A stretch of 64,000 nucleotides of DNA, taken from the NCBI GenBank assembly GCA_902826885.1, contig CADEGL010000007.1:10588-74587 (forward strand), written 5' to 3'. The DNA comes from an uncultured Alphaproteobacteria bacterium (lineage in GTDB: Bacteria > Pseudomonadota > Alphaproteobacteria > CADEGL01). Position numbers and translations under genes: made by a program. The notes under the pieces were generated by a model, which was not told the origin of the DNA, made no database searches, and saw nothing but the letters and a program-made list of their open reading frames with translations. How positions within the stretch are numbered: the stretch's first letter is position 1; every line of letters starts with the position of its first letter. This document shows, piece by piece, positions 1-9,318 of the stretch.

Positions 1-1
1 C

Positions 2-574
2 GACGAGGCTTTCGTCGCCCATGCCTTCGCGCGCACCCATGAAGCCGCGGGTCGTTTGGATTATCTGGTCAACGCCGCCGCGGTTCTGTGGTTCGACCGC
101 GATAAGTCGGCCGTCGAGATGACCGTCGCGGATTGGAACCGAATCATGGCGATCAACCTGACCGCCGCGGTGCTGACCGTCCGCCACGCCGTGCCGCTGA
201 TGAAGGCTGCTGGCGGCGGCGCCATGGTGCATGTCTCCTCCATCCAATGCCTGCGCGGCGACCCCATGCCCCAGGATGCCTACCAAGCGTCGAAGGCCGG
301 GTTGATCGCGCTCTCGAAATCCATGGCCATCCAATACGCGCGCGACGGTATCCGCTCGAACGCGCTGTTGCCGGGTCCCACCCTGTCGCCCATGCAGGCG
401 CGCTGGGAGGGCAAGCCCGAGACCCAGGCCCGCGTGGCGGAACGCATTCCCGTCGGCCGCCTGGGCACCGTCGCGGACCAGGCCAATGCCTGCCTGTTTC
501 TTTTGTCCGACAAGGCCTCCTATATCACCGGGATCGAGCTGATCGTGGACGGCGGCGTCACCGCCATGCCCTGA
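2..574 (+). CDS. SDR-family oxidoreductase; the N-terminal Rossmann motif lies upstream of the window (5' partial)
   Basis: The frame is open from the window start. The C-terminal SDR core includes a YxxxK-like SKAG motif, and the protein ends ...IVDGGVTAMP. Confidence 0.7.
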   Translation, partial: DEAFVAHAFARTHEAAGRLDYLVNAAAVLWFDRDKSAVEMTVADWNRIMAINLTAAVLTVRHAVPLMKAAGGGAMVHVSSIQCLRGDPMPQDAYQASKAGLIALSKSMAIQYARDGIRSNALLPGPTLSPMQARWEGKPETQARVAERIPVGRLGTVADQANACLFLLSDKASYITGIELIVDGGVTAMP

Positions 575-645
575 CGCGCGTTTGCCCGGCGCTAAGGTGG
601 CCGATAAGGTGCCACCGACGGATCGGACCGAAGGAAACCGGCGCC

Positions 646-1254
646 GTGCTGCCTTCCCTCTTCCCACGCCTCGCCGCCGCCCTTGCGTTCCTGGCGGCCC
701 TGGTCACGCCGCTGACCGCGATGGCGGACGAACGCTCGCTGGCGGGACAGCTGCTGGTCGCCGTGCCCGGCATGCCGGACCCGCGTTTCGCCGAGACAGT
801 GATCTTCATGCTCCGGCACGACAGCACGGGGGCCATGGGCATCGTCATCAATCGGCCGGTCGGCGTCATGAGCCTCGAAGACGTCTTGAGCTCCACCGGA
901 CAAGACCCGCAAGGCGCCGAAGGCGAAATCATCGTCCACACCGGCGGGCCGGTCGGACAGGAATTGGGTTTCCTGCTCCATTCGACCGATTACAAGACCG
1001 AAGGCACCATCCAGATCACCGAACGCATCGCCATGTCGGGGCGGCCCGAGGTGATGGCCGACGTGGCCAGAGGCAAGGGCCCTCGCCGCTTTCTGCTGGC
1101 CTTCGGCTATGCGGGCTGGTCGGCGGGGCAGCTCGAAGGGGAAATGTCGCACGCCGCTTGGTTCAGCGTACCCGCCGACGAGGCTATCATCTTCGACGAC
1201 GACGACATGACCAAATGGCAACGCGCCTCGGCCCGCCGCGGAATCGATCTCTAA
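646..1254 (+). CDS. YqgE/AlgH (UPF0301) family protein
   Basis: LAGQLLVAVPGMPDPRFAETVIFMLRHDSTGAMGIVINRPV aligns with E. coli YqgE. GTG 646 has an AAGGAAA RBS; the alternative start is ATG 721. The upstream part of the 373-aa ORF is an artefact. Confidence 0.7.
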   Translation: MLPSLFPRLAAALAFLAALVTPLTAMADERSLAGQLLVAVPGMPDPRFAETVIFMLRHDSTGAMGIVINRPVGVMSLEDVLSSTGQDPQGAEGEIIVHTGGPVGQELGFLLHSTDYKTEGTIQITERIAMSGRPEVMADVARGKGPRRFLLAFGYAGWSAGQLEGEMSHAAWFSVPADEAIIFDDDDMTKWQRASARRGIDL

Positions 1255-1303
1255 ACGCCCCTTCACCAACGCGAATTTCACCCAAGCGATTCGACGAAAA
1301 AGC

Positions 1304-2746
1304 ATGAAACCCGAAGGCCTCGCGGCGCTGGAGCGGCGTCTCGCTCACGATCTGGTTTGCCTCAATTATCCGCCCCCCAATTGGGTGAAGCCGCGCGCGC
1401 ACCCGAAAGCGCGCCATGTTCATGACGTGGCCTTCGTCGGCGCCGGCACCTGCGGCATGGCGGCCTCCTTCGCGCTGATGCGCGAGGGGATCGGCAACGT
1501 CGTGCTGTTCGACCGCAATCCCGAAGGCCATGAAGGCCCGTGGATCAACTATGCGCGCATGGCGACCTTGCGTTCGCCCAAGCATTTGACCGGCCCGGTG
1601 ATGGGCTTGCCAAGCTTGACCTTCCGCGCCTGGTACGAGGCGCAGCACGGCGATGAGGGCTGGCAGGCGTTGGGCAAGATTCCGACGCGGATGTGGATGG
1701 AGTATCTGCGCTGGTACCGCAAGGTGATGAATCTGCCGGTGCAGAACGATGTCGCGGTCGAGCGCCTGACGCCAGAGGACGGCTTGATCCGCTTCGACCT
1801 TCGACGCGGCGGCAAGCCCGACACCGCCTATGCCCGCAAGGTGGTTTTCGCCACGGGACGCGAAGGGCTGGGCGGCCCCGCCATCTTACCGGCATTCGCC
1901 GGATTGCCGCATAGCCACATCGCCCACACCATGGACGACATCGATTTCGCCGCGCTGAAGGGCAAGCGCGTCGCCGTGATCGGTTCGGGCGCCTCGGCCT
2001 TCGATAACGCGGTCACCGCGATGGATGCGGGCGCGGCCTCGATCGCCATGTTCGTGCGGCGCGACGACCTGCCGCGCTACAACCGCTTCAAGCAGATCGT
2101 CTATGGCGGCTTCATGCACGGCTTCGCGCAGTCGGACGACGCTTGGCGCTGGCACAGTCTCTATCAGGTGATGGGCGACCGCGTGGCCGCTCCGCGCGAA
2201 TCCGTCCTCAAGGTCACCGCGCGGCCCAACTACGCGCTGCATCTCGGCAGCCCGGTGACGTCATCGCGCATGGTCGGCCGCGAGGTCGAACTGACCACGC
2301 CCAAGGGCACGCATCGCGCCGACTTCGTCATCCTGGGCACGGGCTTCGCGGTCGATCCGAGCCTGCGGCCGGAGCTGGCCGGGTTCGCGGACGAGATCGC
2401 GCTGTGGCGCGACCGCTTCGCACCGCCCGCGGAAGAGCCGCTGGCCGAACTGGGCGGCTTCCCCTATCTCGGCCCCGCCTTCGAGTTCACGGAAAAGCAT
2501 CCGGGCAAGGCGCCGTTCCTGGCCGACATCCATTGCTTCAACTATGCCGCCACCATGAGCCATGGGCCGGTGGCGGGCGACATTCCCGGCGTGGAAGTGG
2601 GCGCCGAGCGGATGGCGCGGGCCATCGCGCGGACCTTCTATCTCCAAGACCGCACGCTCCACAGCCGCGATCTCGACAATTATGCTGAGCTGGAGCTTCT
2701 GGGCGACGAGTGGTCGGGCCTGCCGCCTTCGCCGCGCCGGCCATAG
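1304..2746 (+). CDS. FAD/NAD(P)-binding oxidoreductase, flavin monooxygenase-like
   Basis: It has a GxGxxG motif (VGAGTCG) and a second dinucleotide-binding motif (VIGSGASAFD). The protein is 480 aa. Confidence 0.7.
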   Translation: MKPEGLAALERRLAHDLVCLNYPPPNWVKPRAHPKARHVHDVAFVGAGTCGMAASFALMREGIGNVVLFDRNPEGHEGPWINYARMATLRSPKHLTGPVMGLPSLTFRAWYEAQHGDEGWQALGKIPTRMWMEYLRWYRKVMNLPVQNDVAVERLTPEDGLIRFDLRRGGKPDTAYARKVVFATGREGLGGPAILPAFAGLPHSHIAHTMDDIDFAALKGKRVAVIGSGASAFDNAVTAMDAGAASIAMFVRRDDLPRYNRFKQIVYGGFMHGFAQSDDAWRWHSLYQVMGDRVAAPRESVLKVTARPNYALHLGSPVTSSRMVGREVELTTPKGTHRADFVILGTGFAVDPSLRPELAGFADEIALWRDRFAPPAEEPLAELGGFPYLGPAFEFTEKHPGKAPFLADIHCFNYAATMSHGPVAGDIPGVEVGAERMARAIARTFYLQDRTLHSRDLDNYAELELLGDEWSGLPPSPRRP

Positions 2747-2750
2747 ACGA

Positions 2751-3542
2751 ATGAAGGGGATGGATCGCATGACCGCCGACAACGCACGTTCGCTTCAAGG
2801 GCGCGTCGCGCTCGTCACCGGCTCCGGCCGCGGCATGGGGCGCTGTCATGCGGAGTTGCTGGCCGAGCGCGGCGCCGCCGTGATCGTCCATGACATCATG
2901 CCCGAAGGCGCGGAGGAAACCGGCACGCTGATTCGCGGCAAAGGCGGCAAGGCGCACGTCATCGTGGCGGACGTGGCCGACACGGCGGCCATGGCGGAGG
3001 CCATCCGCGCAGGCGAGAAAGCGCTGGGCCCGGTCGACGTCCTGGTCAACAACGCCGGCATCGGCGCGGAGCGGACGGGCATCGAGGAAGTGACGCCCGA
3101 CTGGTTCCAGCGGATGTTCGACGTGCACGTGAAGGGCGCCTTCTTCGCGACCCAGGCCGTGGTGCCCGGCATGAAAGCGCGCAAGCGCGGCAAGATCGTC
3201 AACGTCTCGTCGATCTGGGGACAGACCGGCCACGAGTACGGCGCGACCTATTGCGCGGCCAAGGCCGCCCTGATCGGCCTGACCAAGGCATGGGCCAAGG
3301 AGTTCGCGCCGTGGAGCATCACGGTGAATTCGCTGTCGCCCGGCGCCGTCATCACCGAGCTTACCCTGCGCAAGGGCGGCATGGATTATATCCGCGAGAA
3401 GTCCAAGGCCGTGCCCGCCGGCCGCTTCGCCGAAGCGGTCGAGATGGCCTATACGGTCGGCTTCCTATGCTCGGGCGAATCCGACTTCATGACCGGCCAG
3501 GTCATCAGCGTGAACGGCGGCCAGGTCATTGTCGGAATATAG
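2751..3542 (+). CDS. SDR-family oxidoreductase
   Basis: It shows TGSGRGMG, NNAG, a YxxxK (YCAAK) motif and SPGAVITE. The start is ambiguous among ATG 2751, 2760 and 2769. Confidence 0.8.
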   Translation: MKGMDRMTADNARSLQGRVALVTGSGRGMGRCHAELLAERGAAVIVHDIMPEGAEETGTLIRGKGGKAHVIVADVADTAAMAEAIRAGEKALGPVDVLVNNAGIGAERTGIEEVTPDWFQRMFDVHVKGAFFATQAVVPGMKARKRGKIVNVSSIWGQTGHEYGATYCAAKAALIGLTKAWAKEFAPWSITVNSLSPGAVITELTLRKGGMDYIREKSKAVPAGRFAEAVEMAYTVGFLCSGESDFMTGQVISVNGGQVIVGI

Positions 3543-3548
3543 GGAAAC

Positions 3549-3573
3549 GGCGCGGACGCCGAGCGCCCGCGCC
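3549..3573. terminator. Candidate bidirectional hairpin between convergent genes
   Basis: GGCGCGG-11nt-CCGCGCC inverted repeat lies between the SDR stop (3542) and the stop of the PA14 gene (3581). There is no clear T-tract. Confidence 0.3.
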
Positions 3574-3580
3574 GATTCGT

Positions 3581-4168
3581 TTACGGTTTGAGCGAGGCGA
3601 ACGCCTCGGGCGGCACCACGACCATGGTTTGGCCCCCCGGCGGCTTCCAGCTCAGGCGCAGAGCCGAGGTGCCCTTGCGCTGAAAGTAATCGATCGAAAA
3701 CGGGTACCAGCCGGGCTCGGTCACGGCCAACTCGACCGGCGGCGAAGTCATATCGCTATGGATACCCGGGTCCTCGTGGATCAACACGCCACCGATGCTC
3801 AACTTCACGCCGTCGTTCGACAGAAGCTCGAACGTGTAGGTGCCGGGCTTATCGAGCTTGATGAAACCGTTGATCAACGCGCCGACGCCCATCGAGTTGG
3901 TCGCGGTCAGCACGTTGCCGCTGTCGGTACGGTGGTCGAGATTGGCCAGCACAGGGCCCGGCTTGCCCTTGCCCGCCTTCGGCACTTCGCTGACGTGGCT
4001 GAACATCATGTAGAGATAGTTGACCGAGAGGCCGGGCTGAAGCTTGTCGGCGGCCGGTTGCGGCTGGGCGGGCTTCGCGCCCATCAGCGGCGCGGCGATG
4101 GCCAAGGAAGCGGCCACGCAGGCCGCGGCGGCCACGGATGCAAGGCGAACGGCATAGGCGCGGATCAT
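3581..4168 (-). CDS. Secreted PA14-domain protein
   Basis: It has a signal peptide (MIRAYAVRLASVAAAACVAASLAIAAPL) and a PA14-like GWYPFSIDYFQRKGTSALRLSWKPPGG region. A strong RBS (GAGGGAGAG) precedes ATG 4168. Confidence 0.6.
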   Translation of the reverse strand: MIRAYAVRLASVAAAACVAASLAIAAPLMGAKPAQPQPAADKLQPGLSVNYLYMMFSHVSEVPKAGKGKPGPVLANLDHRTDSGNVLTATNSMGVGALINGFIKLDKPGTYTFELLSNDGVKLSIGGVLIHEDPGIHSDMTSPPVELAVTEPGWYPFSIDYFQRKGTSALRLSWKPPGGQTMVVVPPEAFASLKP

Positions 4169-4249
4169 TGAAACTCTCCCTCGGATCACACCAGTTCTTA
4201 TTTCGTGTTCGCCTGAAGGCGTCACAAGAGGACTGTTATCCTGGAACTG

Positions 4250-5359
4250 TTAAGCAAATGTTATGACCGTTCTGGTGTCGATACCAGCATCCAACTCCCG
4301 AAACGCGTCGTTGATCCCTTCCAGCGGGATCGTTTTTCCGATCAGCGCGTCCAAATCCAATTTGCCGTTGCCATAGAGCCCCAGGATGCGCAGGAAATCC
4401 TGCTCGGGCACGCCGCCGCCGTAATGGCTGCCGATGATGCGCTTCTGGGCCGCCATCAGATTGCGCCCCGAAGGAATGCGGAACGCCTCGCCCTTCGCGG
4501 CCTGGCCCACCACCACGATGGTGCCGCCCGCGCGCACCGAATCGAAGGCCTGCTCGAAGACAACCGACTTACCGATACAATCGAAGGTGGCGTCCGCGCC
4601 GCGGCCCTTGGTCAACCCCTTGATCGCGCCCGGCACGTCCCCCTCGGCCTTGGGATTGACGAAATGCGTGGCGCCGAAGCGGCGCGCGACGGCCTCTTTC
4701 TTCGGGTTGACGTCGACCGCGACGATGATTTCGGCGCCCGATAACTTGGCGCCCATCAGCGCCGACAGACCGACGCCGCCCAAGCCCCAGATGGCGACCG
4801 AATCGCCGGGCCGCACCTTGGCGTCGTTGACCGCGGCGCCGAAGCCCGTGGTCACCGCGCAGCCGACCAGGGCCGCCACGGGGCGAGAGACCGACGCCGG
4901 GATCGGCACGCAGCCCGTCTCCGGCATCACCGCGTATTCGGCGAACGAGGATTGGCAAGCAAAGGTGCTGATGCGCTCGCCGGATGGAAGCGACAGGCGC
5001 GAGGTGCCGTCCCACAGCCCGCCCGCCGCGCCCGCGGCGCCGCAGACCTCGCAACTGGTCGGAAACCCCGCGCGGCAGAAGAAGCAAGCGCCGCACGCGG
5101 GTGCCCAGGACAGGACGACGGAATCGCCCTTCTTCACGCGCGAGGTGCCGGGGCCGACGCGCTCGACCACGGCCGTCGCCTCATGACCCAGGATGGTCGG
5201 AAGCTGGACGTTGCCCTTGCCGTGCGCGGTCGAAAGATCGCTGTGGCAAACGCCGGCGGCGGTGATGCGCAACAACACCTCGCGATCCTTGGGGTCGGCC
5301 AGCCGGACCTCCTCGATCACCATGTCCTTGTCGAACTCGTATAGAACCGCCGCCTTCAT
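4250..5359 (-). CDS. Zn-dependent alcohol dehydrogenase family (class III / formaldehyde dehydrogenase-like)
   Basis: It has GHEATAVVERVG, the structural zinc cysteines (CGACFFC) and a GLGGVG NAD-binding motif. A GGAG RBS precedes ATG 5359. Confidence 0.85.
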   Translation of the reverse strand: MKAAVLYEFDKDMVIEEVRLADPKDREVLLRITAAGVCHSDLSTAHGKGNVQLPTILGHEATAVVERVGPGTSRVKKGDSVVLSWAPACGACFFCRAGFPTSCEVCGAAGAAGGLWDGTSRLSLPSGERISTFACQSSFAEYAVMPETGCVPIPASVSRPVAALVGCAVTTGFGAAVNDAKVRPGDSVAIWGLGGVGLSALMGAKLSGAEIIVAVDVNPKKEAVARRFGATHFVNPKAEGDVPGAIKGLTKGRGADATFDCIGKSVVFEQAFDSVRAGGTIVVVGQAAKGEAFRIPSGRNLMAAQKRIIGSHYGGGVPEQDFLRILGLYGNGKLDLDALIGKTIPLEGINDAFRELDAGIDTRTVITFA

Positions 5360-5486
5360 CAATCGCTCCGCCGAAAAATTAGGAATCGGAAAAGGGTCGA
5401 GATTGTCGTCTTCGCGCGCGAGGCTGACAAGCCGATGCTATGATCCGAACAAAGGCCAGTCCGGCCGCCACGCATGAGGGGGTGCG

Positions 5487-6299
5487 ATGCCGAAGGATCT
5501 GGGTTCCGTCGAGCAAGCCTACAGCGCCATCGCGGCATTCCTGGTCGCCTACAGTTTCCAGATCCTGGCTTCGCTGGCCATTTTGGTCATCGGCTGGAAA
5601 TTGTCCGGCTGGATGGGACGGCGGGTCGCGGCCTTCGCGCGCCGCAAGGGCGTCGAGGCCACGCTGGCCGGGCTCATGGGCGACGCCTCGCGCGTGGTGG
5701 CGCTGGGCTTCGTCATCATCATCACGCTGGGCAATTTCGGCATCGCCATCGCGCCCCTGATCGCCGCGGCGGGCGCGGCCGCCTTGGGCCTGACCGTCGC
5801 GATCCAAGGGCCGATCTCCAATTTCGCGGCCGGCCTGGTCATCATCCTGACGCGCCCCTTCGTGGTCGGAAACACCATCACCGTGCGCGGCGTGTCAGGC
5901 GTGGTGCAGGAGATCAAGCTGGGCGCGACCATCCTCAAGAACCCCGACGGCGCCGACGTGATCGTGCCCAATCGACAGATCGTCGGCGAGATCCTGGTCA
6001 ACTCGCGCGAAAACCAGATCGCCGAGACGCGCGCGCGGCTGGCCTACGATGCGCCCGTGGCGCAAGCGCTGGAGATCGTCGGCCGCGCGGTCGCGGGCGT
6101 GCCCGGCGTGGCCACCGCCCCGGCGCCCGAAATCGGCGTGTTCGATCTGGGCGACCATGGCCCGATCGTGATCGCGCGCTATTGGATTCCGAGCCGCGAC
6201 TATTTTCCGACGCGCTTCGCGGTCAATCGCGCCGTGCTCGATTCCCTGGCCGCGGAGGGGATCGCGCTGCAGCCGATCCCCATTCCCGCCCTTCGCTGA
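5487..6299 (+). CDS. Small mechanosensitive channel (MscS family)
   Basis: Transmembrane helices are followed by an MscS beta-domain (ITVRGVSGVVQEIKLGATILKNPDG). A GAGGGGG RBS is present. Confidence 0.8.
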   Translation: MPKDLGSVEQAYSAIAAFLVAYSFQILASLAILVIGWKLSGWMGRRVAAFARRKGVEATLAGLMGDASRVVALGFVIIITLGNFGIAIAPLIAAAGAAALGLTVAIQGPISNFAAGLVIILTRPFVVGNTITVRGVSGVVQEIKLGATILKNPDGADVIVPNRQIVGEILVNSRENQIAETRARLAYDAPVAQALEIVGRAVAGVPGVATAPAPEIGVFDLGDHGPIVIARYWIPSRDYFPTRFAVNRAVLDSLAAEGIALQPIPIPALR

Positions 6300-6315
6300 G
6301 CCACGCGCAAACGAA

Positions 6316-6343
6316 AAGCGCCCCGGCTTTCGCCGGAGCGCTT
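6316..6343. terminator. Candidate bidirectional terminator hairpin
   Basis: AAGCGCCCCGGC-TTTC-GCCGGAGCGCTT (one mismatch) lies between the convergent mscS-like and periplasmic-protein genes. Confidence 0.4.
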
Positions 6344-6366
6344 CGCTGTCGGATTACGAAAACCCG

Positions 6367-6972
6367 TTACGGCTTCGTCACCTCGGCCGCCATGGCCTCG
6401 GTATAGGTGATGTCGATCAGGTCACCCTTCTTCAGCTTCTTAAGCGCGGCCTGGGTATCCGGCTTCTTCGCCGCGACCGTATGCAAACCGCCGTTCGGGC
6501 CCTTCAACGTGACGGTGTTCTTCTTCAGATCGATGGCGGTAACTTCCGTCGTGACCGTCACCTGACGCGCGACAAGGCCGGCGGGAAGCTGGCTAGCCGG
6601 CGCACGCTCGGTCACTTGCTCGGCGACGGCGCTGGGCTTTGCCTTGGAGTTGCGGCGCAGATCGATCGCGACCGACTCGAAATAGCGCAGCTTGATCTTG
6701 TCGCCGGGCTTAATCTCGTCCAGCCGCTGGACGCCGTCTCCGACTCTCACCTTGGCCTGCTTGCCCTCGTCATTCTGCAGGACGACCGTGCGCGACGGTA
6801 CGTCGACCGAGACAACGGTCGCCATCAAGTCGACTTCCTCGGCCTCGGCGGCCAAAGGCGTCGTGGTCGGATTGGCCGCTTGCGCGGACAAGGCCGAAAC
6901 CGCGAGCAATGCGGTCACGGCGAAGGCACCAGCCAGCGATGCCAAGCCTCGTGCATGATTCTTCCGGGACAT
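6367..6972 (-). CDS. Periplasmic hypothetical protein (signal peptide, Lys-rich)
   Basis: It has a signal peptide (LASLAGAFAVTALLAVSALSAQA) and a GGAGGGG RBS before ATG 6972. Its function is not recognised. Confidence 0.55.
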   Translation of the reverse strand: MSRKNHARGLASLAGAFAVTALLAVSALSAQAANPTTTPLAAEAEEVDLMATVVSVDVPSRTVVLQNDEGKQAKVRVGDGVQRLDEIKPGDKIKLRYFESVAIDLRRNSKAKPSAVAEQVTERAPASQLPAGLVARQVTVTTEVTAIDLKKNTVTLKGPNGGLHTVAAKKPDTQAALKKLKKGDLIDITYTEAMAAEVTKP

Positions 6973-7257
6973 ATTCCCCTCCATTGTTTCCAGATGTGCA
7001 TCCAACGCGTGGCGTTGCATTTTCCCCTCATCCCGTCCGCCGCGCGGCGCGTGGCCGCGAAGATCGCCGGATCATGTTGCCGTCTTGTGACGGCGGCCGG
7101 CGCGGCGGGCGGCTTTTGGCGCCACCCAGCGCCATGTCTATCGTCGCGCCGCGCCGGACGCAATCCGACGCTTTCGCGCCCGCGTAAAGCCGGCACTCCC
7201 GCCTCTCGAAAGCTGATGGTATCTTTGCGTTCCGGGTTCGATGGCCAGAGGTGCGCG

Positions 7258-8250
7258 ATGGCTCTCCCACAACCGGTACGTGACGCCAACAACTGGATAG
7301 CCGCCGACTTTCCCAAGCCACGCGGCTGGGCCCGGGCGCTCACACCCGCCATGCTGGCCGAGATCGAGGGTGCCGCGCGACGCATGATCGCGGCCGGTAT
7401 ACCTTTCTGGCAGATCCGGCCGGAAGATGTGCCCCTTCCCCTGACCGAACCCTTCCTGGCCCGGGCCTTCGATGACCTGGAGAACGGCACCGGCTTCAGC
7501 GTCTTGTCCGGCCTGCCGGCCGAACGCTTCGACCGCGACGGCAATGCCGTCCTGTTCGCCGTCGTGGGCTGTCACCTCGGCCGCGTCGTGGATCAGACGG
7601 TCTCGCGCAAGAAGATCGAGGACATCGTCGACCGTGGCCTGCCGATGAACCACCAGCACCGCGGCTACATGGGCACGCACGCGCTGGCTTTCCACACGGA
7701 CGGCTCGGACTTCGCTGTCCTCTATTGCCTGGGAGAAGCCGCCGAAGGCGGTCATAGCGTGATCGTCAGCGTGACGTCCGTCTTCAACGCGATCCTGCGG
7801 GAGCGGCCCGACGTGATGGAGACGCTGCTGCGCGGCTTCCATCACCACCGGCGCGGCGAGCAGCCCGCGGGTGAGGCGCCCTATACCGAGCGCATTCCCG
7901 TCTTCGCTGTTCACGACGGTCTCGTGCATTGCTGCTACAACCGCAATCCCGTCTCGTGGATGGACAGTATCGGCCTGTCCTATGCGCCGCACGAGATCGA
8001 GGCGCTCGACTATCTCGACGCCGTCATCGCGCGGCCCGAGATGCAGCTCCATATGGGGCTGCAGACCGGCGACATGCAGTTCATCAACAACTACAACACC
8101 CTTCACGGTCGCACGGCCTATCGCGATGGGCCGGACAAGAAGCGCCATCTCTTGCGGCTTTGGCTAGCCAATCCGCGCTGCCGCCGGGCGGGCGACAACA
8201 TCATCGATCTCTACGCACCCTGGGAGAGCCGTCCACGCCGCGCGGCGTGA
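7258..8250 (+). CDS. TauD/TfdA-family Fe(II)/2-oxoglutarate-dependent dioxygenase
   Basis: It has an HTDGSD (HxD) motif, a distal His and a C-terminal Arg. An AGAGG RBS is present. The 5' 780 nt of the 589-aa ORF are antisense to the neighbouring gene and are an artefact. Confidence 0.7.
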   Translation: MALPQPVRDANNWIAADFPKPRGWARALTPAMLAEIEGAARRMIAAGIPFWQIRPEDVPLPLTEPFLARAFDDLENGTGFSVLSGLPAERFDRDGNAVLFAVVGCHLGRVVDQTVSRKKIEDIVDRGLPMNHQHRGYMGTHALAFHTDGSDFAVLYCLGEAAEGGHSVIVSVTSVFNAILRERPDVMETLLRGFHHHRRGEQPAGEAPYTERIPVFAVHDGLVHCCYNRNPVSWMDSIGLSYAPHEIEALDYLDAVIARPEMQLHMGLQTGDMQFINNYNTLHGRTAYRDGPDKKRHLLRLWLANPRCRRAGDNIIDLYAPWESRPRRAA

Positions 8251-8304
8251 TTTCGCAGAGCGCATCATCCGACTGTTCCGTCATCGACAACAAAGGGGGC
8301 TGTC

Positions 8305-8802
8305 ATGCCGTGCGTGTCGAAGGTGATCCGTCGCGTCAATAAGCTAGGCCGTCTTGTGGGCCTATCCATCCGCTGCGAAGGAACGTGCGTTAACGGTCAA
8401 GCCTGCCGCCCGAAGGATCGGCCCGATCCGGCGGGCGGACCTAACCACATTCTTCGCTTCTGCGCGTGCGATGAGGACATGACGATTCCGCCGCCCGATC
8501 CCTTGACGCGCGAAAACATCGTGCGCGGCTGCCGCGTCGCACTGCGCTTGCTGCGCCCGCCGCAAGGACCACCCAAGCCGGTCGAGCTCCTCTGCGTCGG
8601 CGCGTGCGCGGACAACGCCCAGACGGAATGCACGGCCGTGGTGACCGAGACGATCCAACTGGCCGATGGCGGCAAGCAGGAGATCATCGTTTGCCAGTGC
8701 ATCGACAAGGTCGAACCTGTCGCCGCGGCCGGCGCTTCCAAACCCGTCGCGGTCGCCTCCGCCAAGGGCGCCGCGGCGAAGAAACGGAAACGCCGGCGCT
8801 GA
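8305..8802 (+). CDS. Hypothetical Cys-rich protein (11 Cys) with a basic KKRKRRR C-terminal tail
   Basis: A GGGGG RBS lies 5 nt upstream. It shows coding-like codon usage. I recognise no domain. Confidence 0.55.
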   Translation: MPCVSKVIRRVNKLGRLVGLSIRCEGTCVNGQACRPKDRPDPAGGPNHILRFCACDEDMTIPPPDPLTRENIVRGCRVALRLLRPPQGPPKPVELLCVGACADNAQTECTAVVTETIQLADGGKQEIIVCQCIDKVEPVAAAGASKPVAVASAKGAAAKKRKRRR

Positions 8803-8806
8803 TCCG

Positions 8807-9223
8807 TCAGCCGCGTTGCTTCAAGAGGTCGCGGATCTCGGCCAGCAGGACTTCCTGATTGTTCGGCGGCGTGGGCGCGGGCGATTCCTCGGGCTTGCGG
8901 TAAAGGCGGTTGACCTGCTTGACCAGGATGAACACGGCCCACGCCACGATCAGGAACTTGATGATCGCGTTGATGAAGATGCCGTAAGCCACCACCGGCG
9001 CGCCCGCCGCGCGGGCGGCGTCCAGGCTTTCATAGCCCGTACCGCTCAGGTCGACATAGAAGCTCGAGAAATCGATTCCACCCAACAGAAGACCGATCGG
9101 CGGCATGATGATGTCGGCCACCAGCGAGTTCACGATCGCGGTGAAGGCCGCGCCCATGATGATGCCGACGGCCAAGTCGACGACGCTGCCGCGCGCGATG
9201 AAAGCCTTGAATTCTTTAAACAT
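8807..9223 (-). CDS. mscL: Large-conductance mechanosensitive channel MscL
   Basis: [31 protein letters not shown] is the canonical MscL N-terminus. A GGAGG RBS is present. Confidence 0.9.
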   Translation of the reverse strand: MFKEFKAFIARGSVVDLAVGIIMGAAFTAIVNSLVADIIMPPIGLLLGGIDFSSFYVDLSGTGYESLDAARAAGAPVVAYGIFINAIIKFLIVAWAVFILVKQVNRLYRKPEESPAPTPPNNQEVLLAEIRDLLKQRG

Positions 9224-9318
9224 GCCGTGCCTCCGAACGTGGATGACTCCCGCGCCGCCTATTTCGCGGCGCACGTACCTGGGCATTATAGGATAAGGAC
9301 GCGCGGCGCGTCCGCCGC

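Noticed and set aside
582-1307. Long overlapping ORFs on both strands (582-1307 +, 592-1305 -, N-terminal 170 aa of 133-1254)
   Set aside because: They are Arg/Gly/Pro-rich translations typical of out-of-frame or antisense reading of high-GC DNA. The real gene is the YqgE/AlgH frame from ~646.
6481-7257. N-terminal 259 aa of the 589-aa ORF 6481-8250
   Set aside because: This portion is antisense to the periplasmic protein gene 6367-6972 and has low-complexity R/G-rich content. The TauD-like protein has its own RBS and Met at 7258.
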